Positions 39,967 through 49,785 of a DNA stretch of 64,000 nt are shown in pieces. Position 1 is the stretch's first letter. Each line of letters starts with the position of its first letter. The notes under the pieces are model-generated. The model saw nothing but the letters and a program-made list of their open reading frames with translations, ran no database searches and was not told the origin of the DNA. The DNA comes from Candidatus Cloacimonadales bacterium (GTDB lineage Bacteria; Cloacimonadota; Cloacimonadia; Cloacimonadales; JAFGVF01). The translations under genes and the position numbers were made by a program. Location of the stretch: the NCBI GenBank assembly GCA_963663475.2, contig CAXXJV010000001.1, positions 896,001 through 960,000 of the forward strand. Reading direction: 5' to 3'.

Positions 39967-40096
39967 AAATGCATAAAAGAGTGACTACAAAGTTATTGTC
40001 AAGATAAATTATAGATTAATAAAATATTACCTTCAGGGTTAGAGGACTGTAGGGGTAAAAGAGGTTATTAGTCCATGTAGTGTAGTAGACCTTTAC

Positions 40097-40266
40097 TTAA
40101 ACCCAAATAGTGCAGTAGACCCTTGTGAATAGCACTATATTCTTCTGCAAAAGTCACTTCCATAATTTCTCCGAATATATAAAATATATGGGTCAAAATC
40201 CTGTAAGCTATTTTGCTAGAATAATCTGCACTCTTCACTAAAGCTCCACTAGACTATCTTGGTTAA
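40097..40266. mobile_element. diverged copy of the ~170-bp MITE-like element
   Basis: TTAAACCCAAATAGTGCAGTAGACCCTTG ... AAAGCTCCACTAGACTATCTTGGTTAA; internal blocks align to 22120 copy. Confidence 0.65.
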
Positions 40267-40330
40267 ATAAACACCTCAATATCAAGCCTACTAAATTTAT
40301 CACATTTCCCACTCTACTTTGGAAAGGGAC

Positions 40331-40360
40331 AAAAAAAAGGTGAGCATATTCGCTCACCTT
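40331..40360 (-). terminator. intrinsic terminator of ileS
   Basis: AAGGTGAGC/GCTCACCTT stem with T-tract on minus strand. Confidence 0.8.
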
Positions 40361-40380
40361 ATTATATTAATTAGCAATTA

Positions 40381-43300
40381 TTATTTTCTTTTCAAGCTCA
40401 TATAAAGAACTTTTCCATTGATATCATACTCTTCCATATTCTCATTACTGTCTTTTCTTAGGAAGTTATCAGTAAGAGTATCGGAGGCAATGAAGTCAGC
40501 AAAGCTAGTAAAGACATCTGCTAATTCATCGTCAGCATAATAGAAGACATCAATTCTATCCATTATATCAAAGTTATTTTCTTTACGAGTAAATTGAATC
40601 TTATTATTGATTTCACGAGCGTAACCTTCTCTGATTAAGTCAGGAGTCAATTTAGTATCTAAAGCAAGCCAGAGTTCTTTATGAGATTCAAAGGTATAAC
40701 CTTCTCTTTGTTGAATAGAGATAGCTACATCTTCTTCACTAATGGTGAAGGTTTGGTCATTGACAACTAAATCATAAGTTTTACCTTGGTTGAAAGCTGC
40801 TATGATTTCAGAAGCATCTTCTTTTTGTAGGGCATTAGCAATCACTTTCATACTTTTACCAAATTTAGGTCCCATAATTTTGAAGTTTGGTTTCATATCA
40901 TAATGAACAAAATCATCATCACGAGAGATATATTTGATATCTTTTATATTAATCTCTTCAACTAAAAGGTCTGTCATTCTTTCAACAACATTTTTAGTAG
41001 AAGCAGGTACAAATATAGTTTGCAGTGTCTGTCTAACTTTTATTTGGCAGGTATTACGAGCAGAGCGTCCTAGTCCAACTAAAGTGATAATAGTCTGCAT
41101 TTCTTCTTCTAGTTTTTCATCGATAACGCTTTCATTAGCTAGTGGGTAATTTTCTAAATGAACAGATTCTTTACCAGTGAGGTTAGTATAGATATCTTCA
41201 GCCATGTAAGGTGCGAATGGAGCTATTAGCTTAGCAATTGTTTCTAGAACAAAGTTAAGGGTCGCATAGGCATCTTTTTTATCTTCAGTAAGCTCAAAAG
41301 ACCAGAATCTACGTCTAGAGCGTCTCACATACCAGTTTGATACTTCATCAAGTACAAAGTCTTGAATAGCTCTTACACTTTTGGTAAAGTCATAGTTATT
41401 GTTATATTCTGTTACATCTTTAATCAGAGTATTTGTTCTAGAGATTATCCATCTATCGATTTCAGCACTTTTATTTTGATCAAATTCTTGGCTATTGGCT
41501 TGGAAGTTATCAATATTAGCATAAGTAGTATAGAAGGAGTAAACATTCTTGAGAGTTCCCATGAACTTACCTAGGATTTCAGCAACTCCTTTTTCATTGA
41601 ATTTAGTAGGTACCCAAGGAGGGCTTACATAAAGTAAATACCAGCGGATAACATCTGCACCGTATTTATTCATTAATTCAAAAGGATCTGCTGTATTTCC
41701 TTTAGATTTACTCATTTTAATACCTTTAGCATCAAGGATGAGGTCATTAACTAAAACATTTTTATAAGGGGCTTTCCCTTTTAATATAGTAGAAATAGCA
41801 AGAAGTGAGTAGAACCAACCCCGTGTTTGGTCTATACCTTCTGAGATAAAATCAGCTGGGAATAACTCTCCATCAAACTTATCTTTATTCTCAAAAGGAT
41901 AGTGCCATTGGGCAAAAGGCATAGCTCCAGAATCAAACCAGCAATCAATGACTTCAGGAGTTCTTTTCATATCATGTCCACATGAACATTTTAAATGAAC
42001 ATCATCTACATAAGGACGGTGGAGTTCTATATCTTCAGGAACTTTTGAACCATCTTGATAATATCCTCTTTCTCTAAGTTCTGCAATTGAACCTACAGAA
42101 TCTAATTTTCCACATTCATCACATACCCAGACATTTAGAGGTGTTCCCCAGAATCTATCACGGGATAGAGCCCAATCTATATTATTCTTTAGCCATTCGC
42201 CGAATCTCTTTTCACCCACAAATGTAGGATACCAATTTACGGTATCATTGTTTTTCATTAGTTCATCTCTAAATTGAGAAGTTCGAATAAACCATGATTC
42301 TCTACCGTAATAGATAAGAGGTGAAGAACAGCGCCAGCAATGTGGGTAAGAATGTTTGATTTGTTCTCTTCTATAAAGAACTTGTCTTTCCTTCATATCT
42401 TTAATGATAGCCTTGTCAGCTTCTTTAACAAAAATACCTTTCCAAGGACTAACACTATCAATGAACTTACCTTCACCATCAACTAGATTTATGAAAGGTA
42501 ATTTATATTTCATTCCTATGTTATAGTCATCAGCACCAAAAGCGGGAGCAGTATGGACTACACCCGTACCATCATCCATAGTAACATAGTCTGCTAAGCC
42601 TATGAACCAGCCATCTTCTTCAACATCCATGAAGTCATAAAGACGTTGATATCTTTTATGCTCAAGCTGACTTCCTAAGTATTCTTCAATTATTTCATAT
42701 TCTTCTGCAATTACAGATAGTCTTGCCTTAGCTAAGATAAGAAAATCATCAGAATCTGCTATTTTAATCTTAACATACTTTTCTTCTGGATTTACCACCA
42801 AAGCAACGTTTGATAGAAGGGTCCAAGGAGTGGTTGTCCATGCTAAGAAGTAAGTATTTTCCATATCCTGAGCTTTGAATTTAACAAAAACAGAAGGATC
42901 ATTTACGTCTTTATAACCTTGAGCAACTTCGTGAGATGAGAGAGGGGTACCGCATTTTGGGCAATAAGGAACAATCTTATGACCTTTATAGAGTAAATCC
43001 CTCTTAAAGAAATCATTCAATATCCACCATACAGTCTCAATATAATTATTGTCTAAGGTGATATAAGGATTATCTAAATCAACCCAGTATCCCATCTGCT
43101 CTGTCATCTTACGCCATAAACCTTCGTATGTGAATACTGATTCACGACATTTCTTATTAAATGGTTCAATACCATATTTTTCTATCTCTGGTTTACCATC
43201 TAAACCTAATGTTTTTTCAACTTCAATTTCAACTGGCAGACCATGAGTGTCCCAGCCAGCTTTACGTTTTACTTGATAACCCTGCATGGTTTTATAACGG

Positions 43301-43506
43301 CAAACAGAATCTTTCAGGGTTCTGGCCATAACATGATGTATTCCAGGTTTTCCATTAGCGGTAGGAGGTCCTTCAAAGAAGACAAATTGTTCAGCTCCTT
43401 CTCGCTTATCTATGCTTTTATTATGTGTATTTTTTTCTTGCCAATATTCCCTAACTCTCTCTTCTAAAAGAGCAGGTGATTCCTTTAAATCAATACTTTT
43501 ATACAT
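40381..43506 (-). CDS. ileS: isoleucine--tRNA ligase, type 2
   Basis: EGPPTANGKPGIHH, GWDTHGLP, WTTTPWTL, DWALSRDRFWG, EGIDQTRGWF, KMSKS; 1041 aa with type 2 C-terminus. Confidence 0.97.
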   Translation of the reverse strand: MYKSIDLKESPALLEERVREYWQEKNTHNKSIDKREGAEQFVFFEGPPTANGKPGIHHVMARTLKDSVCRYKTMQGYQVKRKAGWDTHGLPVEIEVEKTLGLDGKPEIEKYGIEPFNKKCRESVFTYEGLWRKMTEQMGYWVDLDNPYITLDNNYIETVWWILNDFFKRDLLYKGHKIVPYCPKCGTPLSSHEVAQGYKDVNDPSVFVKFKAQDMENTYFLAWTTTPWTLLSNVALVVNPEEKYVKIKIADSDDFLILAKARLSVIAEEYEIIEEYLGSQLEHKRYQRLYDFMDVEEDGWFIGLADYVTMDDGTGVVHTAPAFGADDYNIGMKYKLPFINLVDGEGKFIDSVSPWKGIFVKEADKAIIKDMKERQVLYRREQIKHSYPHCWRCSSPLIYYGRESWFIRTSQFRDELMKNNDTVNWYPTFVGEKRFGEWLKNNIDWALSRDRFWGTPLNVWVCDECGKLDSVGSIAELRERGYYQDGSKVPEDIELHRPYVDDVHLKCSCGHDMKRTPEVIDCWFDSGAMPFAQWHYPFENKDKFDGELFPADFISEGIDQTRGWFYSLLAISTILKGKAPYKNVLVNDLILDAKGIKMSKSKGNTADPFELMNKYGADVIRWYLLYVSPPWVPTKFNEKGVAEILGKFMGTLKNVYSFYTTYANIDNFQANSQEFDQNKSAEIDRWIISRTNTLIKDVTEYNNNYDFTKSVRAIQDFVLDEVSNWYVRRSRRRFWSFELTEDKKDAYATLNFVLETIAKLIAPFAPYMAEDIYTNLTGKESVHLENYPLANESVIDEKLEEEMQTIITLVGLGRSARNTCQIKVRQTLQTIFVPASTKNVVERMTDLLVEEINIKDIKYISRDDDFVHYDMKPNFKIMGPKFGKSMKVIANALQKEDASEIIAAFNQGKTYDLVVNDQTFTISEEDVAISIQQREGYTFESHKELWLALDTKLTPDLIREGYAREINNKIQFTRKENNFDIMDRIDVFYYADDELADVFTSFADFIASDTLTDNFLRKDSNENMEEYDINGKVLYMSLKRK

Positions 43507-43546
43507 TTGTAATCCTTTTATCTAAATGACTTAATAATAACTTAGC

Positions 43547-43813
43547 TTACTCTTCTTCAGAAGCTTCCTTTTCATCTTCTTCTTCAAAGAATTCACTGTA
43601 ATGCTCTTTTAAATCTTCGTTTTCCAGAACATATTTTTTCCACTCTTCTGTCGCTTTCTCACCATCTACACACTTATGGCAAAGTACTACCATATTTTGT
43701 TGGTTGACACCAATATAACCCCTATCATAACACACTTTGCAGGACTTCTTCTTGCGTGCTGATAGGACTATCTCCTTGGCTTTCTCTAAATGTTTGTCAT
43801 CTAATATATACAT
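43547..43813 (-). CDS. small CxxC..CxxC (putative Zn-binding) hypothetical protein
   Basis: SCKVCYDRGYIG..LCHKC; RBS GAGGA; acidic tail. Confidence 0.8.
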   Translation of the reverse strand: MYILDDKHLEKAKEIVLSARKKKSCKVCYDRGYIGVNQQNMVVLCHKCVDGEKATEEWKKYVLENEDLKEHYSEFFEEEDEKEASEEE

Positions 43814-43843
43814 CTTGATTTCCTCTTTTGAGTGTAAAATTAT

Positions 43844-43873
43844 ATTTTATATGCAAATTATTTTATATGTCAA
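43844..43873 (-). promoter_or_regulatory. sigma70-type promoter of the ileS unit
   Basis: TTGACA-18 bp-TAAAAT on minus strand. Confidence 0.5.
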
Positions 43874-44016
43874 TTTTAGGCAATATTTTTTTTAGCTAAG
43901 TCATTATATGAGTTAAACTCAAATAGACCAGTAGATCTTTGTGAATAAAAACTTCCCATTTTATAGTTAAGTTCTATTTAGAAAAAAATCTAAGTAATGT
44001 CTCAAATTTACTTATC

Positions 44017-44095
44017 CATCATTTATCCTTCCTTTACAGTCTTTCGATGAAACTGGGACTTTCATCGAAAGACTGTAAAGGAAGGATAAATGATG
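44017..44095. repeat. perfect palindrome, 36-bp arms, 7-nt loop
   Basis: CATCATTTATCCTTCCTTTACAGTCTTTCGATGAAA-CTGGGAC-reverse complement; core shared with 24156-24234. Confidence 0.9.
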
Positions 44096-44118
44096 ACAAG
44101 AGAAAACAACCAGCCAGA

Positions 44119-44287
44119 TTAAACCCAAATAATACAGTAGACCTTTGCGAATGGCACTATCTTCTTTTGCAAAAGTAAGCTACATAATTTTCAGGAATAT
44201 ATATATTATATGCCTTCAAATTCTGTAACTTATTTTGCTAAAAGAATCTAGCACCATTCGCAAAGTTTTACTGCACCATTCGGTTAA
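44119..44287. mobile_element. MITE-like ~170-bp element
   Basis: Near-identical to 22120-22291, TTAA at both ends. Confidence 0.7.
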
Positions 44288-44762
44288 ACTGCTAAAAGTG
44301 TACCATTTTAAATTGCCATCTACATTCTCTTAATTCGGGTGAAGACATTTGCATTATCTCTTTGTCTCTCAGTTGTCCATTGTATCTTCTTCCTAGGCAT
44401 ATAAAATATTCTCCAAATATTTATTATGATGAGAAGGATGGAGCTTGAAGAGTGAAGTTATAGACATAGGGTTCTGGAATGAATAAACTTTGAAATCAAA
44501 AGCTCATGATTTTTCTTTTACAGAATACAATTGCTAAATTATTCATGAGATAAACTCAGCAATACTCAATTTCTTGGTCTTAAAGAAGACAATATTATTA
44601 TTTATTTGTTTTCAAAAACATTACCAAAAACCTTTATGATATTTATAAAAAAGCATAATAGTTCTTGACAAGAAAAAACAAAATTGTATTTTCAACATCA
44701 TATGAAAAAATAATACAAGACATTTCTCTAGTATTTTCGAATACGAAAAAAAGGGAGATCTT

Positions 44763-45608
44763 ATGAAAAAGATGATTATTATGTTAATTGTTGTTACAGT
44801 CGCTTTAATTATATGCATGTCATGTGATAATCAATCTGCAATTTCTAAAATTCAGATAACACCAACTAGCAATTCGAAACTGTCGGTTGGCCAACAGCAT
44901 AACCAATGTTTAGATGAGATATATAATTCTCTAATAAGCGATTATTCAGACGGAATTTTATCGACTAATCTTCAAAATATAAACCAAACTTCTTGTTTGT
45001 ATATTTACGAGGAACTAAACTCTTCAAATTATGTAAATTCTGTTTCTGAGTTCAACTCCTATGTTTATAACCTGGATATTTACTTTCCACTTACAAACAT
45101 GGATGATGATTCTACTTATACAAGTATACAGACTTTCTTGGATATCAATAGTTCATTGTTAAACAGACGTGAGTATGGATTAATCGTTTCCCTACTTGAA
45201 GATGCCCAAGCTTGCATAAGTGATAAAGAGTCAATAACATTATTTGATACTAAATACAATGAAGCAATTAATAAGGGATACAATGTAACTTACCCATTTT
45301 ATTTCAATAATCTTGATATTGCTCACTCATCTATGTTATATTGGAAAACAAATTCATCTAAATGGGATCTTTTAATAGATGATATCTACACTGGAGTTGT
45401 TAATCCGTACGATTATAATAATTTACGAAACATGTGGATGAATGATTTGAGAGGTGCAATTATTGGAGGTCTTACAGGAACCGCAATCGCAGGACCTACT
45501 GGGACTGCGATTGGTATCATTGTAGGAGCGGTTGCTGGCTCCAGTAACTGGAAAGTACAATTTGCCGTAGATGCGGCGGCTGCTGCATATGGATTGATAG
45601 AAGATTAA
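44763..45608 (+). CDS. putative lipoprotein with C-terminal glycine zipper
   Basis: MKK plus hydrophobic core plus MSC lipobox-like site; GAIIGGLTGTAIAGPTGTAIGIIVGAVAG; upstream TTGACA at 44665. Confidence 0.75.
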   Translation: MKKMIIMLIVVTVALIICMSCDNQSAISKIQITPTSNSKLSVGQQHNQCLDEIYNSLISDYSDGILSTNLQNINQTSCLYIYEELNSSNYVNSVSEFNSYVYNLDIYFPLTNMDDDSTYTSIQTFLDINSSLLNRREYGLIVSLLEDAQACISDKESITLFDTKYNEAINKGYNVTYPFYFNNLDIAHSSMLYWKTNSSKWDLLIDDIYTGVVNPYDYNNLRNMWMNDLRGAIIGGLTGTAIAGPTGTAIGIIVGAVAGSSNWKVQFAVDAAAAAYGLIED

Positions 45609-45611
45609 GTT

Positions 45612-45857
45612 ATGTGGTACAGAATATTAATTATTCCGATTGCCTTTATAGTAGTTTCACTAATCAACTATAGATTATATACTAATAATAAAGCATCTAT
45701 CAAAGAAATTGTATTAACTTCAGCTAGTTCACTCACAGTTTTAACAATATTTCTACTAAAAGGAAGTCCTGAAAATAAACTGGGAGCTAGTATAGGAGCT
45801 TTTTTAGCTGTTATAATTATTACTATAACGATAGTTAAAATAAAAAGAATTAGTTAG
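45612..45857 (+). CDS. small membrane protein (about 3 TM)
   Basis: 3 bp after lipoprotein gene; three hydrophobic segments and basic C-terminus. Confidence 0.6.
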   Translation: MWYRILIIPIAFIVVSLINYRLYTNNKASIKEIVLTSASSLTVLTIFLLKGSPENKLGASIGAFLAVIIITITIVKIKRIS

Positions 45858-45920
45858 ATTGAGATATCCTGCATCTAACTGACTTTGAAACTTTAAATCT
45901 ATGCTTTCTTTCAATATGCC

Positions 45921-45964
45921 CAACTGGATACTTTGCACTAGCTAACAAAGTATCTAGTTGTTTT
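45921..45964 (+). terminator. putative terminator hairpin
   Basis: CAACTGGATACTTTG/CAAAGTATCTAGTTG then TTTT. Confidence 0.55.
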
Positions 45965-46192
45965 GAAAGACTAAGTGAGATGAGATTAAAGAAAAAAAAG
46001 CATACTCCACTTAAACCCTTGGTCAGCCTATGATTTAAGAAATTTCATGTGTGGATGTTAAAGGTAAATTTAGTAAATCCATAAAAAAATAAGAAAAATA
46101 TTGACACATAAGCAGTGGGCATTTTTTATGTTAACTACGAAATTGTAAGAGGCAATAGATAAATAATTAATGATAATAAATAGGAGTGAAAG

Positions 46193-46399
46193 ATGAAACA
46201 AGGAATCCATCCTAACTATAAAAAAGTTAAAGTTACTTGTATGTGTGGAAACACTTTTGAAACAAAATCTACTTCTGGAGATATCAATGTTTCAATCTGT
46301 AATGAATGTCACCCATTCTTTACTGGAAAAGAAAAATTACTTGATACTGCAGGCCGTGTAGAGAAGTTTAAACAAAAATATAGCAAAGACAAAAAGTAG
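46193..46399 (+). CDS. rpmE: 50S ribosomal protein L31 (Zn-binding type)
   Basis: [32 protein letters not shown]. Confidence 0.97.
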   Translation: MKQGIHPNYKKVKVTCMCGNTFETKSTSGDINVSICNECHPFFTGKEKLLDTAGRVEKFKQKYSKDKK

Positions 46400-46415
46400 A
46401 ATAATTACAATTTTG

Positions 46416-46450
46416 CACCACAGTAGCACTATGCCTGTGGTGTTTTTTTT
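46416..46450 (+). terminator. intrinsic terminator
   Basis: CACCACAG/CTGTGGTG plus T8. Confidence 0.7.
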
Positions 46451-46472
46451 ATAATATCAAAAGGATAAAAAA

Positions 46473-47420
46473 ATGGGTAAAGTGAAAGAGATAGCCATTG
46501 GTGGTCAAGCGGTCATAGAAGGCGTTATGATGCGTGGTCCTCAACATATAGCAACCTGTGTAAGAAGAAAAGATGGTTCTTTAGAATTAAAAAAAGAAAG
46601 ATTTGAAAGTGTTACTAAGAAGGTTAAATTTCTTGGTTTACCTTTAGTTAGAGGCTTTGCTTCTCTAATTGAAATGATGATTATTGGGATTAAAACACTA
46701 ACTTTTTCTGCTTCCCGTTATGAGTTAGATTATGTAGATGAAAAGGAAGCTGCCAAGTCAGATATCCGTAAGAAGAGTGAAGAGTTTTTTTCATATCTCT
46801 TTGCTTTTGGTTTTGCTATATTATTCTTTGGAGTTATACCTTATTTCTTAAGTCAGAAGATGGAGAACAATGCTCTTTTTAATCTTCTAGCAGGATCAAT
46901 TAGGATATTCTTCTTTATTGCCTATGTGTGGGGTATTAGCAAATTAAAAGACGTTAGAAGAGTCTTTCAATATCATGGAGCAGAGCATAAAAGTGTACAT
47001 GCTTGGGAAAAACAAGCTGACTTAGATCCTGCAAGTGTTCAGCAGTTTACTACACTTCACCCTCGTTGTGGAACTTCTTTTATTTTCCTAGTAATGCTGA
47101 TAGCGATTCTATTATTTTCAATAGTAGATACAATAGTTCAGATCTATTGGATTGCAGATATTGCATGGTGGCAGAGACTTTTAATCCACTTCCCACTAAT
47201 ACCTTTTGTATCTGGGATTTCTTATGAAGTGCTAAAGTTTTCTGGAAAGAATATTAATAACCCACTGGTTAAATTATTTACTTTCCCTGGATTAGCTCTT
47301 CAAAGAATCACAACCCAGCCCCCAACAGATGAGATGATTGAATGTGCGGTAGTAGCAATGAAATCTGCACTAGATATTGATGTGAATAATTATGAAAATT
47401 TAACAGTTTTAGATAAGTAA
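46473..47420 (+). CDS. DUF1385 membrane protein
   Basis: IGGQAVIEGVMM, YHGAEHK, HPRCGTSF. Confidence 0.9.
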   Translation: MGKVKEIAIGGQAVIEGVMMRGPQHIATCVRRKDGSLELKKERFESVTKKVKFLGLPLVRGFASLIEMMIIGIKTLTFSASRYELDYVDEKEAAKSDIRKKSEEFFSYLFAFGFAILFFGVIPYFLSQKMENNALFNLLAGSIRIFFFIAYVWGISKLKDVRRVFQYHGAEHKSVHAWEKQADLDPASVQQFTTLHPRCGTSFIFLVMLIAILLFSIVDTIVQIYWIADIAWWQRLLIHFPLIPFVSGISYEVLKFSGKNINNPLVKLFTFPGLALQRITTQPPTDEMIECAVVAMKSALDIDVNNYENLTVLDK

Positions 47421-47434
47421 TTTAGGAGTAGATC

Positions 47435-48502
47435 ATGATACCCCAAGATAAATTAGATTCATTAGTAGAAGAACATACTAAGTTAAGAGAACAAGTGTAT
47501 GATCAGAAATTAATGTCAGATAGAAGAGTTTATGGAAAAATATCAAAAAGATTTAAAGAATTAGAGGATATTTTGACAACTCATAAACAGTATTTAGAAA
47601 TTGAGCAAAATATTAAAGACTCAAAAGATTTACTAGTTCATGAAAAAGATAAAGATATGCAAGAATTAGCTAAAATGGATATTGAGGAATCAGAAGAAAA
47701 GTTAGCTGAGTTAGCTGAGTCTCTTAAAGAAATGCTAGCTCCCAAAGATCCTAATGATGACAAAGATGCTATTGTTGAAATACGAGCTGGAACAGGTGGG
47801 GAAGAAGCTGCTTTGTTTGCTGCAGATCTCTTTAGAATGTACAGCTATTTTGTAACTAACCAAGGCTGGAAAATGGAGGTTCTTTCCTCAAATATGACAG
47901 ATAAAGGTGGTTACCGAGAAGTTACCTTCATGTTAAGAGGAGATAACGTCTATGGAACTATGAGATTTGAATCTGGTGTTCATCGCGTTCAAAGAGTTCC
48001 AGAAACAGAAGCAAGTGGAAGAATACACACTTCTGCTATAACTGTTGCAGTTCTTCCTGAAGCTGACGATGTAGATGTAGAGATTAATCAAAACGACTTA
48101 AAGATTGATGTTTATCGTTCTTCAGGTAATGGTGGTCAGAGTGTTAATACAACAGATTCTGCTGTTCGTATCACTCACCTTCCTACAGGTTTGGTAATAA
48201 CATGCCAGGATGAAAAGTCGCAAATTAAAAATAAAGATAAGGCTATGAAGGTTCTTAGATCAAGACTTCTTGATTTGGAGATTGCTAAGCAGGAAGCTGA
48301 AATATCGGCCACTAGAAAGTCTCAAGTAGGTACTGGAGATAGAAGTGCGAAGATTAGAACCTATAACTTTCCTCAATCAAGAGTTACAGATCACAGAATT
48401 AATTTGACATCTTATAAGTTCGACCAAATTATGGCAGGAGATATAAACGAGTTCATTGAAGCATTGAAAATTGCTTATAAAAATGAACAAATTAATAACT
48501 AA
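47435..48502 (+). CDS. prfA: peptide chain release factor 1
   Basis: [26 protein letters not shown]. Confidence 0.97.
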   Translation: MIPQDKLDSLVEEHTKLREQVYDQKLMSDRRVYGKISKRFKELEDILTTHKQYLEIEQNIKDSKDLLVHEKDKDMQELAKMDIEESEEKLAELAESLKEMLAPKDPNDDKDAIVEIRAGTGGEEAALFAADLFRMYSYFVTNQGWKMEVLSSNMTDKGGYREVTFMLRGDNVYGTMRFESGVHRVQRVPETEASGRIHTSAITVAVLPEADDVDVEINQNDLKIDVYRSSGNGGQSVNTTDSAVRITHLPTGLVITCQDEKSQIKNKDKAMKVLRSRLLDLEIAKQEAEISATRKSQVGTGDRSAKIRTYNFPQSRVTDHRINLTSYKFDQIMAGDINEFIEALKIAYKNEQINN

Positions 48503-48530
48503 TAACTAATAATAATTAAGAAGTAGGAAA

Positions 48531-49772
48531 ATGTTACTAAATATTGTAGTACTTATCGTATTGTTTCTGCTCTCATTTTTATTCTCAGGATTAGAGACAG
48601 GTATTGTCTCTTTAGATATGCTACGCCTAGAAAAGGATGCAAGATTTGACAAGGGTAAAAAAGAACTTCTCAACTTCGCTAGCAAGCCAGATAAGTTCTT
48701 TGGCACGATTCTAATCGGTAACAATATTGTTAATATCCTTCTAGCTGCTGTAGCCACAGTTATTGCCCATAATAGCGGAGCCTTTAAACAAGAATATGTG
48801 TCATTACTAATTGGTGTTATGGTCTTTCTTGTGGGTGAAATAGTTCCTAAAATAGTCTTTAGAGATTATTCAAATTCAATAGTTCCAAGAACTTTTACCT
48901 TCCTAAAAGTATCTTACTTTCTGCTAAGACCTTTTGTAGCTGTAGTAACTTGGCTCAACGATTGGTTATATAAGAGATTCAACATAAGTGGACCTCACTC
49001 TCTAGCTTATTTAACTAAGGATGACTTAGCCCTCTTTTTGGCAAATACTAAAGAAGATAAGAATATTACTCATCCCCAGAAAGAAATGCTGGAGGAAATG
49101 CTTGAGTTTAATACCTTAACTGCTGAAGATATAATGGTACCACGAAGAGATATTATTGGTTTTGAAGAAAATACTTCTTTAAGCGAAATTCTTGATGTAG
49201 TCCGAGAGGAAGGTTTTACTCGCTACCCTGTCTATTGTGAAACAATCGATAATATCACTGGTATTCTCATTATTTATGATATTCTTAAAAAAGATTTAAG
49301 TCCTGATGCTAAAGCTAAAGACCTTATTCGAGAACCTTATTTCTCTCCAGAGAATATTAGTCTAAACTTCCTAATGCAAGAAATGCAAAAACAAAAAAAA
49401 TCCATGACTATTGTGGTAGATTCCTATGGTGGTACTTCTGGAATAGTCACTTTTGAAGATATTATGGAAGAGATTGTGGGAGATATTGAAGATGAATATG
49501 ACCATGAAGATGATACTTCCGATGTTGTTAAAATAAGTGAAGATACCTACATCATTAATGGAGACTATGAGGTTGATGACTTAAATGATGAGTATGATTT
49601 GGATCTTCCTGAAGGTAACTACAAAACCCTAGCTGGGCTAATCATCGATACAATTGAAAGAATCCCAAAATTAGGTCAATATGTTAATATCGAAGGATTT
49701 AGAATTCAAGTTATTCAAGCAACTGAAAGAAAAATTGAAAAAGTAAAATTAAAAAAATTAAATAAAAAATAA
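48531..49772 (+). CDS. hemolysin-family CNNM/CBS/CorC protein
   Basis: FSGLET, ILIGNN, GEIVPK, VDSYGGTSG..EDIMEEIVGDIEDE. Confidence 0.9.
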   Translation: MLLNIVVLIVLFLLSFLFSGLETGIVSLDMLRLEKDARFDKGKKELLNFASKPDKFFGTILIGNNIVNILLAAVATVIAHNSGAFKQEYVSLLIGVMVFLVGEIVPKIVFRDYSNSIVPRTFTFLKVSYFLLRPFVAVVTWLNDWLYKRFNISGPHSLAYLTKDDLALFLANTKEDKNITHPQKEMLEEMLEFNTLTAEDIMVPRRDIIGFEENTSLSEILDVVREEGFTRYPVYCETIDNITGILIIYDILKKDLSPDAKAKDLIREPYFSPENISLNFLMQEMQKQKKSMTIVVDSYGGTSGIVTFEDIMEEIVGDIEDEYDHEDDTSDVVKISEDTYIINGDYEVDDLNDEYDLDLPEGNYKTLAGLIIDTIERIPKLGQYVNIEGFRIQVIQATERKIEKVKLKKLNKK

Positions 49773-49785
49773 TTCGGAGGAATTT

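Noticed and set aside
43820-44760. T-box riboswitch for ileS, and 65-aa ORF 44621-44818
   Set aside because: No T-box consensus recognised; the ORF overlaps the lipoprotein start and promoter on the opposite strand
46193-48502. prmC absent from rpmE-DUF1385-prfA
   Set aside because: Ordinary gene-order variation; may lie elsewhere in the genome
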